The notes below the pieces were generated by a model. That model searched no databases, was not told the DNA's origin, and worked only from the letters and a program-made list of their open reading frames with translations. The position numbers and the translations under genes are program-made. From Alphaproteobacteria bacterium (GTDB taxonomy: Bacteria; Pseudomonadota; Alphaproteobacteria; JAAXGF01): a stretch of DNA of 64,000 nucleotides. The DNA lies in assembly GCA_963555825.3 (NCBI GenBank), contig CAUVXB020000002.1:2464001-2528000 (forward strand), in the 5' to 3' direction. How positions within the stretch are numbered: the stretch's first letter is position 1; each line of letters opens with the position of its first letter. Below, piece by piece: positions 28,684 to 39,451 of the stretch.

Positions 28684-30133
28684 GGAGATGTCCCGGTCGA
28701 TGTTGAAAAGTTGAGGTAGGTGTCGCTCTCCTGGAGCCGTTAGGCTCCGGGTGCTGCAAACCCAAGAGGGAGAACGACACCATGGGAAAGAATATCCGTA
28801 GTTCCAGTAGCCCGCAAGCCCTTGCCACCTCGTTTCCTATGCCGCCGCTGGCAGACGCGATGGACGCAGTCCGTCTCAGCGTGGATCGGTTCTGTCTCCT
28901 GGCCGGGGTCGAGGCCTTGGCCGAGATGATGGAGGAGGACGCCACGACCGTGTGCGGGGCCCGACATCGTCGCCATGGGAACCGTCGGGGTTATCGCTGG
29001 GGCCATACGCAGAGCGAGATCGGCTACCACGGCGGCCGCGTGAAAGTGCAGCGGCCACGGGTTCGCGACCATGCTGGCAAGGAGGTGGGTTTGGAGAGCT
29101 GGCAGGTGCTGCGCGACGGCAACCTGTTGCTCGAGTGGGCGCTCAACCTGATGGTCCTGAACGTGTCGACCCGCAAGTACCACCGCGCGGTCCGTCTGCC
29201 CGAGGGCGACCTGGCGAAAGCGCGTGGCGACGGCACCTCGAAGTCGGCCGTTTCCCGGCGCTTTGTGGCGCTGTCGCGCAAGAAGATGAAGGCCTGGCTC
29301 GCCTCGGACCTCTCGGAGCTCGACCTGCTGGTCATCCAGATCGACGGTCTGCATGTCGGCGACCATGTCTTGGTGGCGGCGATCGGCGTCGATGGCAACG
29401 GCGACAAGCATGTCCTGGCCGTGGTCGAGGGGGCGACGGAGAACACTGTCGTCGTCCAGGCCTTGCTCGACAATCTCCTCGCCAGGGGGCTCGATCCGAC
29501 GCTGCCCCGGCTGTTCATCGTCGATGGCGCGAAGGCGCTCAGCAAAGCGATCCGCAACACCTTCGGTGTGGCCGCCGCCATCCAGCGCTGCCAGGTCCAC
29601 AAGGGCCGTAACATCATCGAGCGCCTGCCCCTGCATTTGCATGCGAGCGTCAAGAAGGCGCTCCGTCAGGCCTGGGACCAGGACGACGCAGACAAGGCCG
29701 AACGGCTGCTGCGCAACCTGGCCCGGCGTCTGGAGCATGAGGAACCGGGCGTCTCGGGCAGCATCCTGGAGGGGCTGGACGAGATCCTCACCGTCATCCG
29801 CCTCGGCCTGCCGCACGAACTCCGGCGCTCGCTTGCCTGCACCAACATCATCGAGAACGCGCTCGGCACGGTGCGTCAGGTCACCCGCAACGTCAAACGC
29901 TGGAGGAACGCCGAGATGGCGCTCAGATGGACCGCCGCCGGCTTGCTGGAGGCCCAGAAGACCTTCCGTCGCCTCAAGGCCTATCGTCAGCTGCCCATAC
30001 TCCGAAACGCTCTCCAGGAGCACTTGAGAAAGGCTCACGCCGACAGTGCCATTGAAACCATCATGAAGGCAGCATAGCCTCATCAACCAGCGATGTCTGC
30101 CCCACGAATTTCAACAGCGATAGGGACATCGCC
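28684..30133 (+). mobile_element. IS256-family insertion sequence (1450 bp)
   Basis: Imperfect TIRs GG(A/C)GATGTCCC..TGTTGAAA; 8-bp TSD ACGAAGGT (28676-28683, 30134-30141). Confidence 0.93.
28782..30077 (+). CDS. IS256 (Mutator-type) transposase
   Basis: SKSAVSRRF, IQIDG, IVDGAKAL, QRCQVHK, TNIIE motifs. Confidence 0.95.
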   Translation: MGKNIRSSSSPQALATSFPMPPLADAMDAVRLSVDRFCLLAGVEALAEMMEEDATTVCGARHRRHGNRRGYRWGHTQSEIGYHGGRVKVQRPRVRDHAGKEVGLESWQVLRDGNLLLEWALNLMVLNVSTRKYHRAVRLPEGDLAKARGDGTSKSAVSRRFVALSRKKMKAWLASDLSELDLLVIQIDGLHVGDHVLVAAIGVDGNGDKHVLAVVEGATENTVVVQALLDNLLARGLDPTLPRLFIVDGAKALSKAIRNTFGVAAAIQRCQVHKGRNIIERLPLHLHASVKKALRQAWDQDDADKAERLLRNLARRLEHEEPGVSGSILEGLDEILTVIRLGLPHELRRSLACTNIIENALGTVRQVTRNVKRWRNAEMALRWTAAGLLEAQKTFRRLKAYRQLPILRNALQEHLRKAHADSAIETIMKAA

Positions 30134-30467
30134 ACGAAGGTGGCAAACTCACCACGCGTCACCGCTTAATTTTCGAGCGCGATCGATGCAGCGCAACGTC
30201 AAACGGTTACGATGCGTGGCACTTCGAAGGCAGACCGACCTGAGATAATTGAATTCGGCTGGCGCCAGCGCGGCAACTCAATGTCTCCTCACTGGCTATT
30301 CGCGGACCTAATGGCCGCGCCTATCGAATGACCGCTTTCGGGCGGTAAGCTGACCCACGAAATCGCTTCCTATTTTCCGAAACGCGCCGCGCCGCCCCGC
30401 TGGATCGCGCGCGGGCGATCGCGTAGAGTCCCGGCCCAAGAACCAACCAGCCCGGAGACGCGCCACC

Positions 30468-30752
30468 ATGCTCTATGTCATCTCCTGCACCGACAAGCCG
30501 GACCACGGCGCGGTGCGGCAGGAAAACCGCCCCGCGCATCTCGACTATCTCAAGGGGAAAGGCGCCACGCTGCGCCTCGCCGGGTCCTATACCGCCGACG
30601 ACGGCGAGGCCGTTTTGGGCAGCCTGATCGTCGTCGACGTCGCCGACCGCGCGGCCGCCGAGGCAATCGCCGCGGGCGACCCTTACGCCAATGCCGGGCT
30701 GTTCGAGAGCGTCGAGATCCGCGCTTTCCGCTGCGCCATTGGCGAGCTTTAG
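30468..30752 (+). CDS. yciI: YciI family protein
   Basis: RQENRPAHLDYL, GSLIVV, DPYANAGLF. Confidence 0.9.
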   Translation: MLYVISCTDKPDHGAVRQENRPAHLDYLKGKGATLRLAGSYTADDGEAVLGSLIVVDVADRAAAEAIAAGDPYANAGLFESVEIRAFRCAIGEL

Positions 30753-30884
30753 GGTTTTGTGCGGTCGGTCGCGCTCGGTCGAAATCTACCAGCCCGCGAC
30801 TGCGGGCCGCCGACCGTTCGGCGGAAGCAAGCGCGGCGATTGAGCGCAGGTCATCTTTACGCGTAAAGATGACCGGACGAAACA
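30750..30884 (+). repeat. Modular MITE-like repeat family A, copy 3 (short form)
   Basis: Begins at the yciI TAG; core plus GTCATCTTTACGCGTAAAGATGAC hairpin. Confidence 0.8.
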
Positions 30885-30899
30885 AGACGGAGGCGAGCG

Positions 30900-31313
30900 A
30901 TGGCGTATTGGCTGATGAAATCGGAGCCGAACGAGTATTCCTGGGACGACCTGGTCGCCGAGAAGCGCGACTACTGGGACGGCGTGCGCAACTACCAGGC
31001 GTCGAACAACATGAAGGCCATGAAGAAGGGCGACAAGGCGTTCTTCTACCACTCGGTCAAGGCGCGCGAGATCGTCGGCATCATGAAGGTCGTCAAGGAA
31101 TACTACCCCGACCACACCGACCCGACGGGCCGCTTCGGCATGGTCGACGTGGCGCCGGTCAGGCCGTTCAAGACGCCGGTCAACCTGACCCAGATCAAGG
31201 CCGACCCGCGTTTCGCCGATATCTCGCTGGTGCGCCAGTCGCGCCTCTCGGTGCTGCCACTGAGCGCGGCGCATTGGAAGGCGCTGTGCAAGATGGGCGG
31301 CACCAAGCCGTAA
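30900..31313 (+). CDS. EVE domain protein
   Basis: YWLMKSEP, WDGVRNYQA, GDKAFFYHS, RLSV. Confidence 0.95.
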   Translation: MAYWLMKSEPNEYSWDDLVAEKRDYWDGVRNYQASNNMKAMKKGDKAFFYHSVKAREIVGIMKVVKEYYPDHTDPTGRFGMVDVAPVRPFKTPVNLTQIKADPRFADISLVRQSRLSVLPLSAAHWKALCKMGGTKP

Positions 31314-31370
31314 CGACCGGGCGCTGCGTCCACATCCCTCGCGTCAGCGACATTGTAGTGCTGGATTAAA

Positions 31371-31510
31371 CCAGCCTGCGCCAGTCTTAATGGGACAAGA
31401 GGGGGGCCGCCGACCGTTCGGCCAGCTTTGATTCCATAAGATTGGCATGCGCGGCGATTGAGCGCAGGTCATCTTTGACGCGCGTAAAGATGACCGCACA
31501 AAGGATTAGC
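31371..31510 (+). repeat. Modular MITE-like repeat family A, copy 4 (long form)
   Basis: Core with modules CCAGTCTTAATGGGACAAGAGGGG and CCAGCTTTGATTCCATAAGATTGG. Confidence 0.85.
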
Positions 31511-31521
31511 GACGCGCGCCT

Positions 31522-32421
31522 CTATTCCGCCAGCCAGACTGGGTTTGACCAGGCGCGGCGGCCGCGGCTGTCGCGCACGGTGACGCGGAAGAAGCTGTCC
31601 TCGAAGCGCTTCAGCGGCAGGCGGCCTTCGGTCATTTCGTGGCCCTTGACGAACTTGGTGCGCGAGCCGCGGCCCTGAACGGTGATCACCGCGGCGGGCG
31701 AGCAGGCGACGACGATCTCGTCGCTCTCGATGCGGACGTCGTGGATCTCGGGGCCCTGGCTCGAGTAATAGCGGCCGGCCTTGAGCGATGCGAGGATCAG
31801 GTCGGGATCGAGCCGCTCGGCCTGGACATGGATCCAGCCGCCGAAGGCGTCGTGGGTCAGGCGGTGGGCGTCGTCGGTGGCGAAGGCCGAGAGCCGCCGG
31901 CCCTCGTTCAACAGGATGTCGCACATGACCCAGCCGTCGCCCCGGTCGTTCTCGATGTGGGAGCCGTGGTTGTAGACCTCGATGGCGTGGGCGCAGTCGA
32001 TGAGTCGCGCGTCGTCGGGGGTCAGCCCATACCAGGCCGGGTGGACGATGCCGATGAAGGCGCCGGCGGCGGCCGCGCGCCGCGACAGCCCGACGATGTC
32101 CTCGCCGTTGGCCGGTGGCGCGAAATCGGGCGGCAGGCCGATGGCGAGCACGTGCCAGAGCTCGTCGACGAGCGTCCGCGAGACGTGCAGCTCGGCGCCG
32201 ATCAGGGTGGTGAAGCCGTCGCGGCGAAGTGGACGGGTATCGGTCACCGGCCAGCCGTAGGTCTCGAGGAAATGATCGCTCAGCGTCAGGAAGTCGTAGC
32301 CCGCCCCACAATAACGATCGATCACCTCGGCGGGCGGAAAATCGCCGTCGGAATTGGTCGAATGGGTGTGCAGGTTGCCCTTGAAGAAGCGGCCGGGCCG
32401 GCCGAACGGCAGGTTTTTCAT
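31522..32421 (-). CDS. PHP-domain (CehA/McbA-like) metallohydrolase
   Basis: KGNLHTHSTNSDG, LSDH, ATDDAH, YYSSQGP, RAWSNP. Confidence 0.88.
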   Translation of the reverse strand: MKNLPFGRPGRFFKGNLHTHSTNSDGDFPPAEVIDRYCGAGYDFLTLSDHFLETYGWPVTDTRPLRRDGFTTLIGAELHVSRTLVDELWHVLAIGLPPDFAPPANGEDIVGLSRRAAAAGAFIGIVHPAWYGLTPDDARLIDCAHAIEVYNHGSHIENDRGDGWVMCDILLNEGRRLSAFATDDAHRLTHDAFGGWIHVQAERLDPDLILASLKAGRYYSSQGPEIHDVRIESDEIVVACSPAAVITVQGRGSRTKFVKGHEMTEGRLPLKRFEDSFFRVTVRDSRGRRAWSNPVWLAE

Positions 32422-32567
32422 GTCCGAAAACCCTCGAACTGAACACACTGGCGAGAAGCGGCGGCGATCCTAGTCCAACCGCCGGGGGATTCAAGAGAAA
32501 TTATTCGCGCCTGCGCCGGGCCACCGCGCGGTTGCAAAGCGGGCCGATCGGTGGCATGACCGGAGCC

Positions 32568-32912
32568 ATGACGACGACCGCCGCGTTGTGCCGGCTCGAC
32601 GAGATCGCCTCGCCCGGCTCGAAGGGCTTCAGCCTTGGCTCGGGCGCCGCGGCGCGCGAGATCTTCGTCGTGCGCAACGAGCGCGGCGTCTTCGCCTACG
32701 AGAACGTCTGCCCGCACACCTGGGGGCCGCTCGACTGGGTGCCCGACCAGTTCCTGTCACACGACAAGGCGCGTATCCTGTGCGCCACCCACGGCGCGGT
32801 CTTCCGCATCGAGGACGGCCACTGCCTCTACGGCCCTTGCATGGGCAAGAGCCTGGCGCCAGTCGCCATCGAACTCGTCGACGGCGCCGTGCTGCTTGCC
32901 GAAGCGGTCTAG
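32568..32912 (+). CDS. Rieske (2Fe-2S) ferredoxin
   Basis: CPH..CATHGA motifs. Confidence 0.9.
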   Translation: MTTTAALCRLDEIASPGSKGFSLGSGAAAREIFVVRNERGVFAYENVCPHTWGPLDWVPDQFLSHDKARILCATHGAVFRIEDGHCLYGPCMGKSLAPVAIELVDGAVLLAEAV

Positions 32913-33009
32913 TACTGAACCCGATCGGTTTCATACGTTCAAATGTTTCCAGCCCGCGACCGCGGGCCGCCGACCGTTCGGCGGAAGCATGCGCGGCGAT
33001 TGAGCGCAG
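32909..33009 (+). repeat. Modular MITE-like repeat family A, copy 5 (short, 3'-truncated)
   Basis: CCAGCCCGCGACCGCGGGCCGCCGACCGTTCGG..GCGCGGCGATTGAGCGCAG; starts at the Rieske gene TAG. Confidence 0.75.
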
Positions 33010-33164
33010 CAAAGCCGTAGGCTTTGCGTCACCAAAAACGCTTGCCACCCAAGCCGCCTTGCCGCCGGGGGGATTTCTGTCAATAATCGCGAGTGCTTGC
33101 GTCGGCGTTCAGAACCGGCGCGGGTTGGGGAACGCGACACAGCAATGAGCAGGGGGTCATCGTC

Positions 33165-35099
<1,935 letters not shown>

Positions 35100-35111
35100 C
35101 GTTTAGCGAAC

Positions 35112-35140
35112 GTAGGGGTGGGTTTCAAACCCGCCCCTAC
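35112..35140. repeat. GTAG-type REP palindrome / possible bidirectional terminator
   Basis: GTAGGGGTGGGTTT-C-AAACCCGCCCCTAC between convergent genes. Confidence 0.75.
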
Positions 35141-35945
35141 TCGCTGCGCGAATAGAGCCGGTGGCCGACTTCGGCGAGCAACGGCATCGACGGGTAGTCG
35201 GTGATCGCCAGGCCGCCGTCGACGATCAGCGTCTGGCCGGTCACGACGAGGCCTCGTCGGAGGCCAGGAACGTGACCGCGGCGGCGATCTCGCCGGGCGT
35301 GCCGACGCGACCCAGCAATGACGGCGGCATGCCCCACGAGCCGTCGGCGCTGCCCGAGGCGGATTGGTCGGCGTCCTGGTCGGTCGCGATCCAGCCCGGA
35401 CTGACGCAGTTGACGCGCACGCCGCACGCCGCGCCCTCGGCGGCGAACGAGCGCGTCAGCCCCTCGATCGCCGCCTTGGCGACGCCGTAGAGCCCCCAGT
35501 TGCCGTGCAGCGTCGCGGTCGATGAGATATTGACGATGGCGCCGCCGCCCGCCTGCGCGAGCTGCGGCAGCGCGTAGGCCGAGACGAAATAGGCGGCGTC
35601 GAGATTGGGCCCGCGCAGCTTGTCCCAGCGCGCCCCCGGCGCATCGCCCGGCTCGACGCCCGCGCGCCGGCTGCCCAGCCCGGCGTTGTTGACCACCACG
35701 TCGAGCCGCCCGAAGCGCGCCACGACATCGTCGATCAATCGCGCGACCGCCGCCTCCTCGGCCAGATTCGCGGCGAAGAACGCCGCCTCGCCGCCAAGCG
35801 CCGCAGCCTCGGCCTCGACCGCCGCGCCCTTCGCCGCATCGCGCCCGGCGAAGGCGACGCGAGCCCCCTCGCGCAGGAAGCGATGAACGATGCCCCGCCC
35901 GATGCCCGAATTACCGCCCGTAACGAGCGCGATCTTGCCTTGCAT
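35137..35945 (-). pseudogene. SDR family oxidoreductase with a 1-bp deletion at ~35246 (pseudogene or sequencing error)
   Basis: TGGNSGIG, YGVAK; LASDEAS continues as VTGQTLIVDGG in another frame (TCG TC GTG instead of TCG TTC GTG). Confidence 0.8.
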
Positions 35946-35972
35946 GACATGTCTCCCGGATGGGGCCGGCGC

Positions 35973-36896
35973 CTACCTCGGCCAGAGTTTGCAGTACTGG
36001 TCGCGGGCGCGCAGGGCGTCGCACAGCGCCTCGGCGGACGCGGCGTCGGCGAAGGGGCCGGCACGGACCCGAATCCAGACACCCCTGTCGGCGCCGAGGT
36101 CGATCTCGGCGAGGCTCATTTCGAGTGGGCCCAGCAGATCGGCATGGCGTTCGTTGAGGATCACCCAGGCGGCCTCGGCGGTCTCCCAGTACTGGAACGA
36201 GGCGATGTGGACCCACAGGCCGCGCGCGTCGTCGGCCGAGACCGCCGCGGAGACGGGTGCGGCCACCGCGACCTCGGTCTCGGGCGCCGACGCAAACTCG
36301 GTCTCGGCCGCCGGCACGGGCTCGGGCGTCGGCGCTACTGCTGCGACGGTCTCCTGGCCGCCCGAGCCCGGCGCGATCAGCACGGGTGCTTCGGGCAGCG
36401 CGCCGACGATCCGCTCGGTGCCCGGCGGGCTGGTCGCCTCGGCGCGCCAATTGGCGCCAGCGCGGGTGTACCAGCGCGCCGCGACCTGGTAGTCCTGCGG
36501 CACGCCGAGGCCGTTTTCGTAGAGGTTGCCGAGCTTGAACTGGGCCGTGGTGTTGCCCTGCGCCGCGGCCTTGCGGTACCAGTCCGCGGCTTGCGGGTAG
36601 TCCTGCGGCACGCCGAAGCCGCGCGCATGAATGTCACCCATCGCGGCCTGGGCGGGTGGGTCGCCCTGCTCGGCGGCCTTGCGGTACCAGCGCACGGCTT
36701 CGGCGGCGTCGACCGCGACGCCTGAGCCGGTCTCGTATTTCAGCCCAAGGGCAAACTGGGCCTCGGCGTCGCCTTGGCGGGCCATCTCGTAGACGGTGTC
36801 GTCGGCGGCCATGCCGAGCGGTACGCCGTCGTCGCCGCTGCATCCGGCGGCGAGCAACGGCGCGGCGACCGCGGCAATCACCAACCATCTTCTCAT
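35973..36896 (-). CDS. Sel1-repeat + SPOR-domain lipoprotein
   Basis: Lipobox LAAGC; AQFALG..G.GV..D..EAVRWYRKAAEQG repeats; C-terminal VHIASF..RVRAGPF..CDAL..C. Confidence 0.88.
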   Translation of the reverse strand: MRRWLVIAAVAAPLLAAGCSGDDGVPLGMAADDTVYEMARQGDAEAQFALGLKYETGSGVAVDAAEAVRWYRKAAEQGDPPAQAAMGDIHARGFGVPQDYPQAADWYRKAAAQGNTTAQFKLGNLYENGLGVPQDYQVAARWYTRAGANWRAEATSPPGTERIVGALPEAPVLIAPGSGGQETVAAVAPTPEPVPAAETEFASAPETEVAVAAPVSAAVSADDARGLWVHIASFQYWETAEAAWVILNERHADLLGPLEMSLAEIDLGADRGVWIRVRAGPFADAASAEALCDALRARDQYCKLWPR

Positions 36897-36940
36897 CGCG
36901 GCGATGGTAGCACAGCCGGCGGTCCGCGCCACGCGCCCCA

Positions 36941-37238
36941 TACCAAGGATCAGTGATAAAGGCCCCTAGAGATCGCGTCCGCTTTTCGCCGGTGAGGCAA
37001 GGGAGCCGCGGGCGATGCAGCGCATCGGCTAGGCAACCTGGCGCCCTCCGGAGATAAGCGGACGCGACCCGAAGGGCGGCTTCCCGAGGCTCTCGCCCGC
37101 TATCAGATTGGCGGACGTCGTTGCACCCGTCTTGCGATGCCCCTCCTATTGCCATACATGGGCATCGCCGCGACGGGCGCGCCTAGCCGAGAACCACGGC
37201 AAGCCGTCTCTAGGGGTCTTTATCACTGGTCCTTGGTA
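36941..37238. mobile_element. MITE family B, copy 1 (~298 bp)
   Basis: TIR TACCAAGGA(T/C)CAGTGATAAAG; no coding capacity; second copy at 50099-50378. Confidence 0.88.
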
Positions 37239-37757
37239 TTAGCCGCCGGAATCGTCGGTTTCACACCAGGATGCGCGGGCGCCGCCATGGTACGGCCGGC
37301 CGAGACCGGCGGCGATCAACAGCGCCCCGAGATCATCGCCCGCGGCGGTCTCGACGTAGGCCACCACGCGGCCCGCGTACTTGCCGTAGTGCACGTCGAT
37401 TAGCTTCACCGTGCCGCCGCCGATCGCCTCGACGACGAAGGCGCGAGCATGCGCCGCCAACTCGCGCTCGCGCCCGCAGCGGCCGTTGAACTCGGGTGTG
37501 TCGACGCCCGACAGCCGGACCCTGGTCTCGACGTCCTGGCCGACCCAGGTGCGCGCGCGCACCGCGATGGTGTCGCCGTCGACGACCTCGATGACGCGCG
37601 CCGGCACCGGGCCGGGCACGACGTCGGCGCGCCAGCCGCGGTCGGCGCCGCCGACGAGCAGCCAGGCGGCGATCAGCGCGCCGGCCCGCGCCGCCGCGCA
37701 TGCCGCCCGCCAACGGCCCGATGATCGCCTCGTAACTTGCGTCCCGGTCTCGATCAT
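37239..37757 (-). CDS. Thermonuclease (SNase) family protein
   Basis: VVDGDTI, VRLSGVDTPE, GKYAGRVVA, LIAAGLG; start uncertain. Confidence 0.88.
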   Translation of the reverse strand: MIETGTQVTRRSSGRWRAACAAARAGALIAAWLLVGGADRGWRADVVPGPVPARVIEVVDGDTIAVRARTWVGQDVETRVRLSGVDTPEFNGRCGRERELAAHARAFVVEAIGGGTVKLIDVHYGKYAGRVVAYVETAAGDDLGALLIAAGLGRPYHGGARASWCETDDSGG

Positions 37758-38007
37758 CCCGACCACACCCATCGCATCGCGTCGCGCGTCGCCAGATCGG
37801 TGCGAGCATGCGAAATGTGTTTCACTACTAACAGTAATTATATCATCTCTTGTCTACGCCTTGAAAGTGTAAATCCAAATTTAAAACATTTCAAGAACAT
37901 TTTTCTTGTGCCAGCGCCGGTGACCAGCCAAGATGCCGGGCGCTTCCGGCCGCGCCATCGAGCGACTACCATGGCGCCGGACAAGCCGCGCGGGGAGGGC
38001 GGGCGCC

Positions 38008-39438
38008 ATGAGGCAACATTTCGATCCACTGCTACGCGAGACCGCGGAACTGGCGCTCGACTTCTTCGACGGGCTCGCCGAGCGCCCGGTCGGCCCGCCG
38101 GTCGACCTCGAGGCGCTGCGCGCCGCGTTCATCACGCCGCTACCCGAGGCCGGCGAGAGCCCGCACGCGGTCATCGCCGAGCTCGCGCGCGCCGCCGCTC
38201 CGGGCATCGTCGCCTCGGCCGGGCCGCGCTACTTCGGCTTCGTCAACGGCGGCAGCGTGCCCACCGCGGTCGCCGCCGACTGGCTCGTGACCGCCTGGGA
38301 CCAGGTCGTCAGCATGTATGTCAGCTCGCCGACCGGCGCCGTCGTCGAGGAGGCCGCGGCGCTGTGGCTGTGCGATGTTCTCGGCCTGCCGTCGGGGCCC
38401 GACGGCATGAGCGTCGGCTTCGCCACTGGCTGCACCATGGCCAACCTGACGGGCCTCGCGGCGGCGCGCAACGCGCTGCTCCGGCGCGCCAACTGGGACG
38501 TCGAGGCCGACGGGCTGTTCGGCGCGCCCGCGCTCAACGTCGTCGTCGGCGACGAGGCCCACGCCTCGATCTTCGCCGCGCTGCAGATGCTCGGCCTCGG
38601 CCGCGGCCGCGTCACGCGCATCCCGACCGACGGCCAGGGCCGCATGCGCGCCGACGCGCTCGCCGAAGCGCTCGACGGGCTCGACGGGCCGGCCGTCGTC
38701 TGCGCCCAGGCGGGCAACGTCAATTCCGGCGCGTTCGATCCGCTGGAGCCGATCGGCGCGGCGTGCCGCGCGCGCGAGGCCTGGCTGCACGTCGACGGCG
38801 CCTTCGGCCTGTGGGCCGCCGCCTCGCCCGCGCTGCGCCATCTCGTCGCCGGTGTCGAGCGCGCCGATTCGGTCGCCACCGACGGCCACAAATGGCTCAA
38901 CGTGCCCTATGATTCTGGGTTCGTCTTCGTCGCCGACCGGGCCGCGCATCACGCCGCCATGACGGTCACCGGCAGCTATCTGGTGAGTTCCGAGGGTGTC
39001 GCGCGCGACGGCTTCGACTGGGTGCCCGAATCGTCGCGCCGGGCGCGCGGCGTGCCGGTCTATGCGGCGCTCCGTTCGCTCGGCCGCTCCGGCGTCGCGG
39101 CGATGATCGAGCGCTGCTGCGCGCTCGCCCGGCGCGCCGCTGAACGGCTCGGCGAGCGGCCCGGCGTCGAGATCCTCAACGACGTCGTGCTCAACCAGAC
39201 GCTGGTGCGTTTCCACCCTTCGGACGACGGCGCGGGCGTCGACGACGCGGCCGACGGCCTGACCCGCGCGGTGATCGAGCGGGTGCAACGCGACGGCACC
39301 TGCTGGCTTGGCGGCACGGTGTGGCACGACATGGCGGCGATGCGCATCTCGCTGTCCAACTGGGCGACCAGCGAAGACGACATCGACCGCACGGTCGAGG
39401 TCATCCTCGGCTGCTACGACGACGCGCGTGCGGCGTGA
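38008..39438 (+). CDS. PLP-dependent group II amino-acid decarboxylase
   Basis: PRYFGFV, WLHVDGAFGLW, TDGHKWLNVPYD, PESSRRARG. Confidence 0.93.
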   Translation: MRQHFDPLLRETAELALDFFDGLAERPVGPPVDLEALRAAFITPLPEAGESPHAVIAELARAAAPGIVASAGPRYFGFVNGGSVPTAVAADWLVTAWDQVVSMYVSSPTGAVVEEAAALWLCDVLGLPSGPDGMSVGFATGCTMANLTGLAAARNALLRRANWDVEADGLFGAPALNVVVGDEAHASIFAALQMLGLGRGRVTRIPTDGQGRMRADALAEALDGLDGPAVVCAQAGNVNSGAFDPLEPIGAACRAREAWLHVDGAFGLWAAASPALRHLVAGVERADSVATDGHKWLNVPYDSGFVFVADRAAHHAAMTVTGSYLVSSEGVARDGFDWVPESSRRARGVPVYAALRSLGRSGVAAMIERCCALARRAAERLGERPGVEILNDVVLNQTLVRFHPSDDGAGVDDAADGLTRAVIERVQRDGTCWLGGTVWHDMAAMRISLSNWATSEDDIDRTVEVILGCYDDARAA

Positions 39439-39451
39439 CGGCGGCGACGGC

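Noticed and set aside
17942-30467. Prophage, ICE or classical integron
   Set aside because: No integrase, phage, conjugation or intI gene, no tRNA target and no clear attC sites.
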